Origin: an uncultured virus (IMG/VR IMGVR_UViG_3300012012_002042)
Lineage: Duplodnaviria; Heunggongvirae; Uroviricota; Caudoviricetes
Virus record (IMG/VR): IMGVR_UViG_3300012012_002042
DNA length: 64,000 bases
Direction: 5' to 3' (one strand)
Both the position numbers and the translations under genes were made by a program. Under the pieces are notes generated by a model. It did no database searches and had not been told where the DNA came from. It was given only the letters and a program-made list of their open reading frames with translations. This document shows positions 25,379 to 33,884 of this stretch, piece after piece (positions within the stretch are counted from its first letter, which is position 1; each line of letters starts with the position of its first letter).

Positions 25379-26311
25379 ATGACCAAGATCGAACGCGTCC
25401 AACAGACCCTGAAGGACGCAGGGTTTTATCCATTCAAAATCGACAACGACTTCGGACGGAAGTCACGCACGGCCCTCAACCAGGCGGACAGGGCGACGAT
25501 CAAGCTCGTGCAGACCGTCCTCGGATTCGAGGGTGACGATGTGGACGGACGCTGGGGCGTGAAGTCCGAGGGTCGCCTTCAGACTGCAATCGCAGGACAG
25601 GAAGCCCCCAAGATCGACGTCCTGATTCCCGGTGGGCTGAATATGGGATCGGATCACTGGCTCGTTGGCGTGTGGCGACAGCCGCTTCCTGGGGGAGGCC
25701 CCTTGAAGCCGCGCTACCTTGTCGAGCACTTCACCGGAGGTGCGGATGGTGACGGGGATCTGAACGGCGACTTCATCAAGGACGTCGACGGTGCCGTGGA
25801 CGTTATGAAGTCGCGAGGCGTCTCGGCGCATTTCACCGTGGACCGCGACGGAACAATCGTGCAGCACGTTCCCTGCAATCAGAAAGCATTTCACGCAGGC
25901 CGGAGCCAGTGGGTCGATCCCACGACCGGCATACTTTACAGTTCCGCCAATGGTAAAGGCGGAAACGACGAAGCCATCGGAATTGAGATTGCGAACCTAG
26001 GCGACTCGAAAGGCGCGTTCGCGTGGGGACGCAAAAATGTCCCAGGGTTCGATACGCTTCTCGTTGCTCATTGGTCGGGAAAACAAAACGGTGGAGATGA
26101 GTGGGAGATTTTCTATCCGGCACAGATCGCCTCGGTGCTGGCACTCAGCAAGCTGCTGGTCGTGCATTACGGACTGCGTGACGTGACTGGTCACGACAGA
26201 ATTACGCAGCGCAAGAATGATCCCGGCCCGGCATTCCAGCAGCATCTGCTCGCCATCCGTGCCTCATGTGGATTTGCCGGCATGCCCGCCGTCCACCGCT
26301 CACCGTTGTAA
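25379..26311 (+). CDS. endolysin: peptidoglycan-binding domains plus N-acetylmuramoyl-L-alanine amidase (Amidase_2)
   Basis: LVEHFTGG, SAHFTVDRDG.IVQ, AFHAG, IGIE, GHD..RKNDPG; N-terminal IDNDFG / VDGRWG repeats. Confidence 0.9.
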   Translation: MTKIERVQQTLKDAGFYPFKIDNDFGRKSRTALNQADRATIKLVQTVLGFEGDDVDGRWGVKSEGRLQTAIAGQEAPKIDVLIPGGLNMGSDHWLVGVWRQPLPGGGPLKPRYLVEHFTGGADGDGDLNGDFIKDVDGAVDVMKSRGVSAHFTVDRDGTIVQHVPCNQKAFHAGRSQWVDPTTGILYSSANGKGGNDEAIGIEIANLGDSKGAFAWGRKNVPGFDTLLVAHWSGKQNGGDEWEIFYPAQIASVLALSKLLVVHYGLRDVTGHDRITQRKNDPGPAFQQHLLAIRASCGFAGMPAVHRSPL

Positions 26312-26317
26312 ATCCAA

Positions 26318-26650
26318 ATGCCCGAGGAGACGCCACAGTTCCGATTCACGGTCACCGACAAAACCTTCAAGGTGGTCTCGACCATTGTGGCCGTCGTGGT
26401 CATCGGATACAAGGCGTGGAATTGGACCATCGACAATGCAGTGGCCAAGCGTGACTGGCAGAATGAGCATCGGCAATTCAAGGAACTGCTGCTCGGCACA
26501 GAAAAGGATACGGGAATGGTCACGCAAGCCAAAACGGCACAGTCGGCAATCGCAAAGCTGGATGGCGATTACGGAAAGCTGTGGTCGGACATAGAGGCAC
26601 TGAAGAAGTGGCGTGATTCCTTTGCCACCAGCGTGGTTGCACCGAAGTGA
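26318..26650 (+). CDS. single-TM coiled-coil protein
   Basis: N-terminal TM then helical region; follows the endolysin. Confidence 0.6.
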   Translation: MPEETPQFRFTVTDKTFKVVSTIVAVVVIGYKAWNWTIDNAVAKRDWQNEHRQFKELLLGTEKDTGMVTQAKTAQSAIAKLDGDYGKLWSDIEALKKWRDSFATSVVAPK

Positions 26651-26744
26651 AGTGGATTTTACAATTGCAATTTCTCCTGGTGGAAATCATGCTTGTTCCA
26701 AAACCACGCGCCCGTATTTCCGAAAATCCAAACACCTGAATTTT

Positions 26745-27470
26745 ATGCCCGCTTTCCTGAATTCTGACTCCCACGCGCTGATCTACCTCCTGAAGAATGC
26801 GGTCGGCGCCGTAGGCACGCTCGTCAACGGAGCAGTCTCGGGACATTATCCCGCAGGCTACAGCAACGCCAGCGCCATCACGATCACGAAAGACAGTGGT
26901 ACGCTGGTGGTGGGTGACGTCCTTCAATTCTCCAGCACTCCTGCGCAATATTCCCGACTCGATCCTGTCGGCCTCGCCCCAGTGTCTGGGCAAGTCCCTG
27001 GTGATCAGCTCAATTATTTCGCCGGCAATCCGGCAGGCATCCCCTACGTCATCACGGAAGTGGTGGACGGCACACACATCAAGTTGGATCGCCCGTTGGA
27101 CTCGCCGCTGGCGTCCGGCGCTGTCATCACACTGAAGTCCACGGTGGATTTGAATGCGGCATCTTCGGCGGCCTCGGCCAGCACACAGATGTATATGCGC
27201 TGCGACCAGTTCATGTTTCGCAGCATTCATGTCATCAATGCCGGCAGTGCCACGATCAAGCTTTATGCGTCGCTGGACGGATCCAATTGGTCTGAGATCA
27301 AAGCGGAGTGGCGTCTGGATTTGGTTACCGGGGACGGAGGCGTCACCGTTGGTCCGACGGGTATTTACAAGCTGCCGAACGGTCCGCTCGGCTACATCAA
27401 AGCGGTGCGTGACACGGCCACTGCGGGCGTCGTGACGGTGCTGATGCAGAGTGCATCTTGGCGATTTTAA
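26745..27470 (+). CDS. putative structural beta-rich protein
   Basis: ATG 26745 after an intergenic gap; LVVGDVLQF...YVITEVVDGTHIKLD and LYASLDGSNW beta motifs. Confidence 0.6.
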   Translation: MPAFLNSDSHALIYLLKNAVGAVGTLVNGAVSGHYPAGYSNASAITITKDSGTLVVGDVLQFSSTPAQYSRLDPVGLAPVSGQVPGDQLNYFAGNPAGIPYVITEVVDGTHIKLDRPLDSPLASGAVITLKSTVDLNAASSAASASTQMYMRCDQFMFRSIHVINAGSATIKLYASLDGSNWSEIKAEWRLDLVTGDGGVTVGPTGIYKLPNGPLGYIKAVRDTATAGVVTVLMQSASWRF

Positions 27471-27476
27471 TTCCAC

Positions 27477-29318
27477 ATGAAAGCAGTCCATCTGCTCTTG
27501 GAGTCCGAACTTCCCGAGGACATGCGCAATTACGGGCGCACCTACAACGCGGGGGCGATCAATGATATCCTCGCGGACGTGGGGCATCGCTATCCGGAGC
27601 ATTACGCCCCGATCATCGACAAGCTGGCCAGGCACGGTCGTGAAGCCTCCTGGCGTCAGGGCGAGACGATCACCATGAATGATCTGCGCCCGCTGATCGA
27701 CAAGGCCAAGGTTTTTGCGGAAATGGACGGGGAGGTAGCTCTCGCGAAAAAAGAATCCCCCAACCGTGAAGAGTATCGGGCACGCAGGGAGGCCATCTGG
27801 AAACGATTTTCCGGTCAGCTCGAGAAAGACACATTGAAGGCGGGAGTGACGCAGGGGAATAACGTGGCGATGTCTGTGGTGTCTGGCGCGCGCGGTTCCG
27901 CCGCCCAGATGAAATCCATGCTCACCACTCCGGGTGTTTATGCAGACGGACAGGGTCGCACCATTCCGATGTTCGTCCGAAACTCCCACAGCGAAGGATT
28001 GCGTCCGATGGAATTCCTCGCCTCTACCTTTGGAGCGCGTGCGGCGGTTTATTCCACGAAAGCGGGAACAGCGCGCGGCGGCGATTTGGGAAAACAATTG
28101 GTACAGATCACTTCCCCACTCGTTGTCACCAGCAGAGCAACAGGACACACCAACGGCATCGATCTGGACGTGGAAGATGACTCGTTGAAGTATCGGTTCA
28201 TGGCACGCGCGGCTGGCGGCTGGCCTGCCGGGACCATGATTGATGGGCGCGTGTTGGCCAGTCTGAAAAAGCAGAAGGTGGCGTCAGTGTTGGTGCATTC
28301 GCCACTCACAGATAATTCGGCCGAAGGAATATCTGCGGAATCCGCTGGCGCACGCAGAGGTGGAAGGTTGCCGAATCTTGGCGACATGGTCGGCCTCGTC
28401 TCCGCTCATGCAAGTTCCGAACCGGTCACGCAGGGATCCTTGCGCGAAAAACACACGGCAGGAATGACTGGGTCCAAAAAAGTATTCTCTGGGCTCAGCG
28501 CGATCGAACAATTCGTCCAATCACCCGAGTCGTTCCCCGATCGCGCCCCTGTGTCGGAGATCAGCGGGTTGGTTCGGGATATTCGGGATGCGCCCCAGGG
28601 TGGGAAAATTATCCGTGTGGAGGAAGAAGACCATTACGCGTTGCCAGGCTACGAGGTGTCAGTGAAGCCAGGGCAGGAAGTGGAAGCAGGGGATCAGTTG
28701 GCCGACGGCATCGTGGATCCTCGGGACATGGTCAGGCTGCGCGGATTGGGTGAGGGTCGGCGATACTACGCGAAGAGGCTGAAGCAAATCCTGGACGACT
28801 CCGGCGTGAAGACGGACATGAAGCACACGGAGATGATTGCTCGCGGAGCAATCGATCATGTGCGGATTACGGACCCTGAGGGTTTGGGTGATTATTTGCC
28901 GGATGATGTGGTCAGCTACAATGTGCTCGCTCACAATTACACACCGCCGGCTTCCGCCAAGCTGATGAAGCCGAGTTCCGCGGTGGGGCAATATTTGCAC
29001 GGGCCAGCGTTGCATTACACGATCGGGACGAAGCTGACTCCCCGAATGGCGAAGCACATGGAGACGCATGGATTTGATTCCGTTCCAGTTTCCGAAGAAG
29101 CTCCTGGATTCGAACCGGAGATGAGCCGGCTTCGCACGGCTTCCCACAATACTGAGGACTGGGCGCAGCAGCTGACGTCCAGCTACCAGTCGAAAAATTT
29201 GCTCAATTCAGCAACCAGAGGGCTCGATACGAATGTGGAGAGCAACGTCAACTTCGCGCCGAGACTGATGATCGGCGTCGGCTTCGGAAAGAATGTGAGA
29301 AAAACCGGAAAATTCTAA
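27477..29318 (+). CDS. rpoC: RNA polymerase beta' C-terminal half (bridge helix, trigger loop, jaw/clamp)
   Basis: SGARGS; GLRPMEFL..TFGAR...TARGG.L (bridge helix); AHASSEPVTQ..L..KHT.G (trigger loop); V.PGQ.VEAGDQL; KHTEMIAR. Confidence 0.9.
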   Translation: MKAVHLLLESELPEDMRNYGRTYNAGAINDILADVGHRYPEHYAPIIDKLARHGREASWRQGETITMNDLRPLIDKAKVFAEMDGEVALAKKESPNREEYRARREAIWKRFSGQLEKDTLKAGVTQGNNVAMSVVSGARGSAAQMKSMLTTPGVYADGQGRTIPMFVRNSHSEGLRPMEFLASTFGARAAVYSTKAGTARGGDLGKQLVQITSPLVVTSRATGHTNGIDLDVEDDSLKYRFMARAAGGWPAGTMIDGRVLASLKKQKVASVLVHSPLTDNSAEGISAESAGARRGGRLPNLGDMVGLVSAHASSEPVTQGSLREKHTAGMTGSKKVFSGLSAIEQFVQSPESFPDRAPVSEISGLVRDIRDAPQGGKIIRVEEEDHYALPGYEVSVKPGQEVEAGDQLADGIVDPRDMVRLRGLGEGRRYYAKRLKQILDDSGVKTDMKHTEMIARGAIDHVRITDPEGLGDYLPDDVVSYNVLAHNYTPPASAKLMKPSSAVGQYLHGPALHYTIGTKLTPRMAKHMETHGFDSVPVSEEAPGFEPEMSRLRTASHNTEDWAQQLTSSYQSKNLLNSATRGLDTNVESNVNFAPRLMIGVGFGKNVRKTGKF

Positions 29319-30703
29319 TGCACCCGTCCACTGCCATCGCCTTCGCGGCAATTGATTTCGAGAAGAATGCCAACGCGGCAGCCGCAAAGGTCCTCGGTCA
29401 CGCGTTGCCTGCGGCCGAGGGTGCTTTAGGCAAAGGCCTCGACATATTCGGGTGGCTCAATTCCGGCGGTGGAAAAAAGGAAGAACTGCTGCGCAAGGTA
29501 ATGTCCTACAATTTCGTGGACCCTGCGAACCGCCTGAAGAACGTGGCCGGCGGCGCAACCATCGGCGCAGGCATCGGCGGCCTCAATGCCGACAAGGGAC
29601 ACAAGATGAAGGGCGCGCTCGGCGGCGCTGTTGGTGGTGGATTATTTGGGCGGTTCGCGCCTGGAATGGCGCAGAGGGGAATGGGTCGGATTTTGACGAA
29701 TCTGGTGGAGCCTCGGAGTTACGAGACGGCGGAAAAAATCAAGAAGTTGAAGGGCTACAAGATCATGGACATGATCAAGGCCGTCGTGAAGGACAAGCCG
29801 ATTTACGAGGCCGCGAAGTTTCCCAATGAGGTCACCACACGCGGACCATATTCGGCACGTGAGGTTCCCTACCGCATGGGATTCGGTTTGAAGCCGCGGG
29901 CGTTCCGTAAATTCTTCACGGCAGATCCGACTGAAAAAGGAGTCCTGCATTACAACCCGAAGAGTCGGGAGGCGCAGAGCGAGCTGAAGTCGATGGTTCG
30001 GGATATCAGACAGCCGATGACCGATATTCACACAGGTGAAATTCCCAAAGGAAATGCAGACGGATCCCAATTGGTGTCATCCCGTGGAGTTCCCGGTAAT
30101 TTCCATGTGAAGCCGGACGGCACCTTCGAGGACAACTGGGATTTTGGCCTGCACCCGCACGAGAAAATTGATTCGCTCGGAAGCTTTGGACGCGCCTTCG
30201 TGAACATGTTCACAAGCCCGGTGAAATTGAAAGGCAAACTGCCAATGCCGGTCGCGGCGCCGGCCATCTCGTCGGATGCTGCCAAGAGTTTGATCATTCA
30301 TCCGGGGAACATGGGGCCTGGTGTGAACAAACTTCTGATGGGCGACAAGAAACTGCGCGGGGGAGAACCTGCTGCGGTCAACGAGGCATTGAATCGTCTG
30401 ATGAACGCGGCTCCGACGGCTCCGGAAGTCCCTCCGACGGCTGGCGCGGCTGGCAACTTGTCCGGCATTAATTTCAGCAGGATATTGGGGCCGGGAGGGA
30501 ATAAAATTCCGTTGCCGGCGGAGTCCGCGGTAAATGGTGATTTGAATATTCCGTTTCGTAAAGTGAAGATCCCTGGTGCAGTGCCGGAGCCGGAATACAG
30601 TGACTTCCTTGGACCGAACGGTGAGCGTCTGCTCAAGTCGGCAGCTGCGCGATATTTGGCGTTCGCGCTGATGGATATCGCACAGCTGGGAGGCTGCCCG
30701 TGA
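29318..30703 (+). CDS. putative internal virion protein with a short shared leader
   Basis: MHPSTAIAFAAIDFEKNA leader; glycine-zipper segments. Confidence 0.65.
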   Translation: MHPSTAIAFAAIDFEKNANAAAAKVLGHALPAAEGALGKGLDIFGWLNSGGGKKEELLRKVMSYNFVDPANRLKNVAGGATIGAGIGGLNADKGHKMKGALGGAVGGGLFGRFAPGMAQRGMGRILTNLVEPRSYETAEKIKKLKGYKIMDMIKAVVKDKPIYEAAKFPNEVTTRGPYSAREVPYRMGFGLKPRAFRKFFTADPTEKGVLHYNPKSREAQSELKSMVRDIRQPMTDIHTGEIPKGNADGSQLVSSRGVPGNFHVKPDGTFEDNWDFGLHPHEKIDSLGSFGRAFVNMFTSPVKLKGKLPMPVAAPAISSDAAKSLIIHPGNMGPGVNKLLMGDKKLRGGEPAAVNEALNRLMNAAPTAPEVPPTAGAAGNLSGINFSRILGPGGNKIPLPAESAVNGDLNIPFRKVKIPGAVPEPEYSDFLGPNGERLLKSAAARYLAFALMDIAQLGGCP

Positions 30704-30900
30704 AAACGCCTCCAAACTCCCACAAGGGCCGTTCGCTGGCGAAAAACATCGAGCGGAGAGAGGGCGCGGTTGAGTTACTCAAATTCTCCATCTCCGCGAT
30801 GAATCGCGTGCTAGTCGCAAAAGGTGTATGCACCGCAGACGAGCTGAGAGAAGCCTTTCGAGCGGAGAGTGAAAAGCGGCCCAACGGCAGAGCCGTGTGA
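30700..30900 (+). CDS. hypothetical protein
   Basis: GTGA overlap start, 66 aa. Confidence 0.5.
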   Translation: MKTPPNSHKGRSLAKNIERREGAVELLKFSISAMNRVLVAKGVCTADELREAFRAESEKRPNGRAV

Positions 30901-30954
30901 TTTTCAAATCCTTGAGTCTTGCTTAATTTCAAAAATCGTTCAGAATCCAAACTT

Positions 30955-32745
30955 ATGCGTTCCACTACTGCTCTGTCTTTTCACATCCTGTCCGCCAAAG
31001 AAATGATCAAATCGGGCTACGGTCAGGCCCTCGCACGCACCGGCCAGCTCGCACTCCGCGGCATGCAATCTCTGCGACCCGCCGTCAAAGCCATTCCAAG
31101 CATCGGCAAAATTCCTCCGACGGTACCGAAAGTAATCAATAAATTGGGAGGTCCAGCGACGGCAATCGCCGCGGGTGGACTTGGTGCGGGCAGCGTTGGC
31201 GCTCTCAATAGCGGATCAGACCAGTCAATGGGACCAGCATTCAACGGCGGGATTGGAAAGCCACCCGCCGCTGCGATTCCAGGTATCAGCCCCAAAGCCG
31301 ATTACGGCGGCGGTGTCGGCGAGCCCGCCCAGCCCGGACGTATCCAGCTGAACCCGAATACGGGTCCTGTGCAGGGCTGGAACACGCAAGGCATCACGCC
31401 TCAGACCGCGAACCCAGCCTGGAATCAGACCACTCGCGGCCTGACCACTCCGGAGCCTGCGCGCCCTCCGTCGAACACCTACGGTCTTTCTAATGTGCCC
31501 GCGCTTGACAATTTGCAGGGCGCTCATCTCCCCGGTAATATGGGGGATGCTGTGGTTCCTGAGTCTGCCCCGCAAGCCCCACCCCCCATGCAGGGGCCTG
31601 TCGATGAACGCTCGTTGCAAGGTCTGGATGATAGCACGAATCCCGAGAATCTTGCTACCAGTCAGCAGATGCAGAAGCCTGAGAGCGCCATCGCCGCCCC
31701 TGCCCCGCTTAATTCCGACTCGTATCTGCCTCCGGCTCCTCCAGCGCAGATGTCGATGGCTTCGGAGAGGCCTGAGAGCGCCATCGCCGCCCCTGCCCCG
31801 CTTAATTCCGACTCGTATCTGCCTCCGGCTCCTCCAGCGCAGATGTCGATGGCTTCGGAGAGGCCTGAGAGCGCCATCGCCGCCCCTGCCCCGCTTAATT
31901 CCGACTCGTATCTGCCTCCGGCTCCTCCAGCGCAGATGTCGATGGCTTCGGAGAGGCCTGTGCAGTCCGCCCCCGGTCTCACGTTCGCGACTCCGCCGCC
32001 CATGGATATTTCAGCGCCGGAACCGACCAGGGCCGTCCCGCCGAGCATCCCTCAGGCGACCGTGCAAGCACGTCCGCAGCAGCCGTCGGCACAAGCTATG
32101 CGCGATTTCCAGGTCGCCACCAAGTCGCGTTTCAATCCGAACAGCAAGGGCGATGTGGCGAGCATGCAGCAGATGATGGCGGCCCAGGCAGCCAGAGGAG
32201 GGGCGCGGTCGTCGCGGCTGGACAGTCAGAATACCATGTCGCCCTCGCAGTATGCGGCTTCGCAGCGCCGCGCACCGATGGGTGGTGTGAAGCGCGCCGG
32301 TGTGGGTGACGCCTTATTCAAGGCTATGGGTGAATCGATGCCGTCCGTGACAAAAGGTCTTGCCGGACATCTATCATACGCGCTTCCTGGTGCTACGACA
32401 GCCGCGCTGACTGCATATCCTTTGCTCGGCGCACTCGGCGGCGCTGTATTGCCCAGCGGTCAAGGTGCAGGTCAAGGGGCGCTGCGCGGTTTGAATACTG
32501 GATTAAACGCTACTGGCGGTGGAATTCTTGGAATGATGGGTGGCCACGGTCTGGCTGCGTTGGCCGGAGGAGACCTGAAGGCAAAATTCCTGGCACGGCT
32601 GCTCGGAGGAGCCACAGGAGCAGCCTCAGGAGCAATTCACGGCTACAACAACATGCCAAAACCCAAGGCCACGCCGGCTTCAAATATGATGTTTAACCAT
32701 CCCCCGAAAAGCGCAAAAGTGCTCAACGCCTACCTTGGACAATGA
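30955..32745 (+). CDS. putative internal virion protein, Pro-rich with glycine zippers
   Basis: 21-aa leader MRSTTALSFHILSAKEMIKSG; internal VKRAG. Confidence 0.7.
   Translation: MRSTTALSFHILSAKEMIKSGYGQALARTGQLALRGMQSLRPAVKAIPSIGKIPPTVPKVINKLGGPATAIAAGGLGAGSVGALNSGSDQSMGPAFNGGIGKPPAAAIPGISPKADYGGGVGEPAQPGRIQLNPNTGPVQGWNTQGITPQTANPAWNQTTRGLTTPEPARPPSNTYGLSNVPALDNLQGAHLPGNMGDAVVPESAPQAPPPMQGPVDERSLQGLDDSTNPENLATSQQMQKPESAIAAPAPLNSDSYLPPAPPAQMSMASERPESAIAAPAPLNSDSYLPPAPPAQMSMASERPESAIAAPAPLNSDSYLPPAPPAQMSMASERPVQSAPGLTFATPPPMDISAPEPTRAVPPSIPQATVQARPQQPSAQAMRDFQVATKSRFNPNSKGDVASMQQMMAAQAARGGARSSRLDSQNTMSPSQYAASQRRAPMGGVKRAGVGDALFKAMGESMPSVTKGLAGHLSYALPGATTAALTAYPLLGALGGAVLPSGQGAGQGALRGLNTGLNATGGGILGMMGGHGLAALAGGDLKAKFLARLLGGATGAASGAIHGYNNMPKPKATPASNMMFNHPPKSAKVLNAYLGQ
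31678..31960 (+). repeat. 3 x 93-bp perfect tandem repeat (31 aa)
   Basis: Units start at 31678, 31771 and 31864. Confidence 0.95.
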
Positions 32746-33866
32746 AACCTTCCACCGACATCGCATTTCACCTACTCGCCGCATCGGAGATCGTGAAATC
32801 GGCCACCCTATTGGGGGAGGCCGGAAAGAATTTGTCTTCAAGACCCACGCCCACGCTACCGCCTGAAATCACGCAGCGGATCAAGCAGCTTCAGGAAGCC
32901 AGCGCGCGCAACAGCCTCGACATAATGGAGAAAATCCAGGGAGAGCGCGCGATGATCCCAAATCATCCGACACTGTCCAAGGCGCTCATCGGTACTGGTG
33001 CAGTGGTCGGCACTGCCGGTCTCGCCGGATTATTCAGTCACTTGCTGAATCAGCGAGCGAACAAGAAGCAGCAGAAAAAGACTGCGGCATACAATTCCGA
33101 TCTCGCCATTGGGATTCTCAACGTCATCGAAATCCATGAAAATGGATGGGAGAAATCAGCAGGGATTGGCGACTTGATCGGCAAGGCCCTCCCCTATGCT
33201 GGGAAATTAATCACAAGTGCCCCGACCCGCATTGCCGGGTGGTGGAACAAGATGCGCGGCGGCAAAGGTCTCGTGGCGGCTGCTGAAAAAGGTCTTGCCG
33301 CCGAGAGCCCCGAGGTCGCGGCAGCGCTGGCTCAGCGTGCCAAAGGTGTATCCGCGTTGGCAGGCGCCAACAAAGAATTGTTCGGCAGTGCCGTCCCGAA
33401 ATTCGACCCCACCACCGGCAAACGGATTTGGGGCGGGATGCGCGGAGAAGTCAGCGACGCCTTCAAGGCCATGCCGAAATGGCAGCAGAACGCTGTCAAA
33501 GGTCTCGGCTGGGCCGGCACAACCGCAGGCACCATCGCACTGGGCCCTAATTCGGTCGGCGGTCAGATCCACGGTTACGTCAAAGGCAAGGAAGGTGAAT
33601 TGTCCGGTGCACGTCAAGCGCAGGACATGGCGGCTGAGGCGGCCAAGAATTTGCAGAACATGCCCTTGATGGACCGTTTGAAGCTCGGCCTCGGCACGGT
33701 ATTCAGTCCGACGAGCACTGGCGAGGGAATTGGCAACTTCATTCAGAGCATCGGACGTCCGCCAGGATGGACTCCGCCGCAGACGGCCCCGGGTGTTCGA
33801 TCGCCCTCTTCGAGCTTCTTCGGTGCGGCTCCGCGCGCGTCCGCGGCGGTCGACGGAATGTCCTGA
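32742..33866 (+). CDS. putative internal virion protein
   Basis: Leader MKPSTDIAFHLLAASEIVKSA; internal KKTA and WEKSAG. Confidence 0.7.
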   Translation: MKPSTDIAFHLLAASEIVKSATLLGEAGKNLSSRPTPTLPPEITQRIKQLQEASARNSLDIMEKIQGERAMIPNHPTLSKALIGTGAVVGTAGLAGLFSHLLNQRANKKQQKKTAAYNSDLAIGILNVIEIHENGWEKSAGIGDLIGKALPYAGKLITSAPTRIAGWWNKMRGGKGLVAAAEKGLAAESPEVAAALAQRAKGVSALAGANKELFGSAVPKFDPTTGKRIWGGMRGEVSDAFKAMPKWQQNAVKGLGWAGTTAGTIALGPNSVGGQIHGYVKGKEGELSGARQAQDMAAEAAKNLQNMPLMDRLKLGLGTVFSPTSTGEGIGNFIQSIGRPPGWTPPQTAPGVRSPSSSFFGAAPRASAAVDGMS

Positions 33867-33884
33867 ACCAGTTCGATCCCACAC

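Noticed and set aside
26520..28148. Long minus-strand ORFs (also 7739..8992, 33207..34661, 9848..10918, 50876..51928)
   Set aside because: Antisense shadows of well-supported + strand genes in GC-rich DNA, with no recognisable motifs
12140..29318. Bacterial chromosomal rpoC locus or pseudogene
   Set aside because: Both halves are intact ORFs with catalytic motifs, set among capsid, tail and lysis genes, with no rpoB or ribosomal protein operon context
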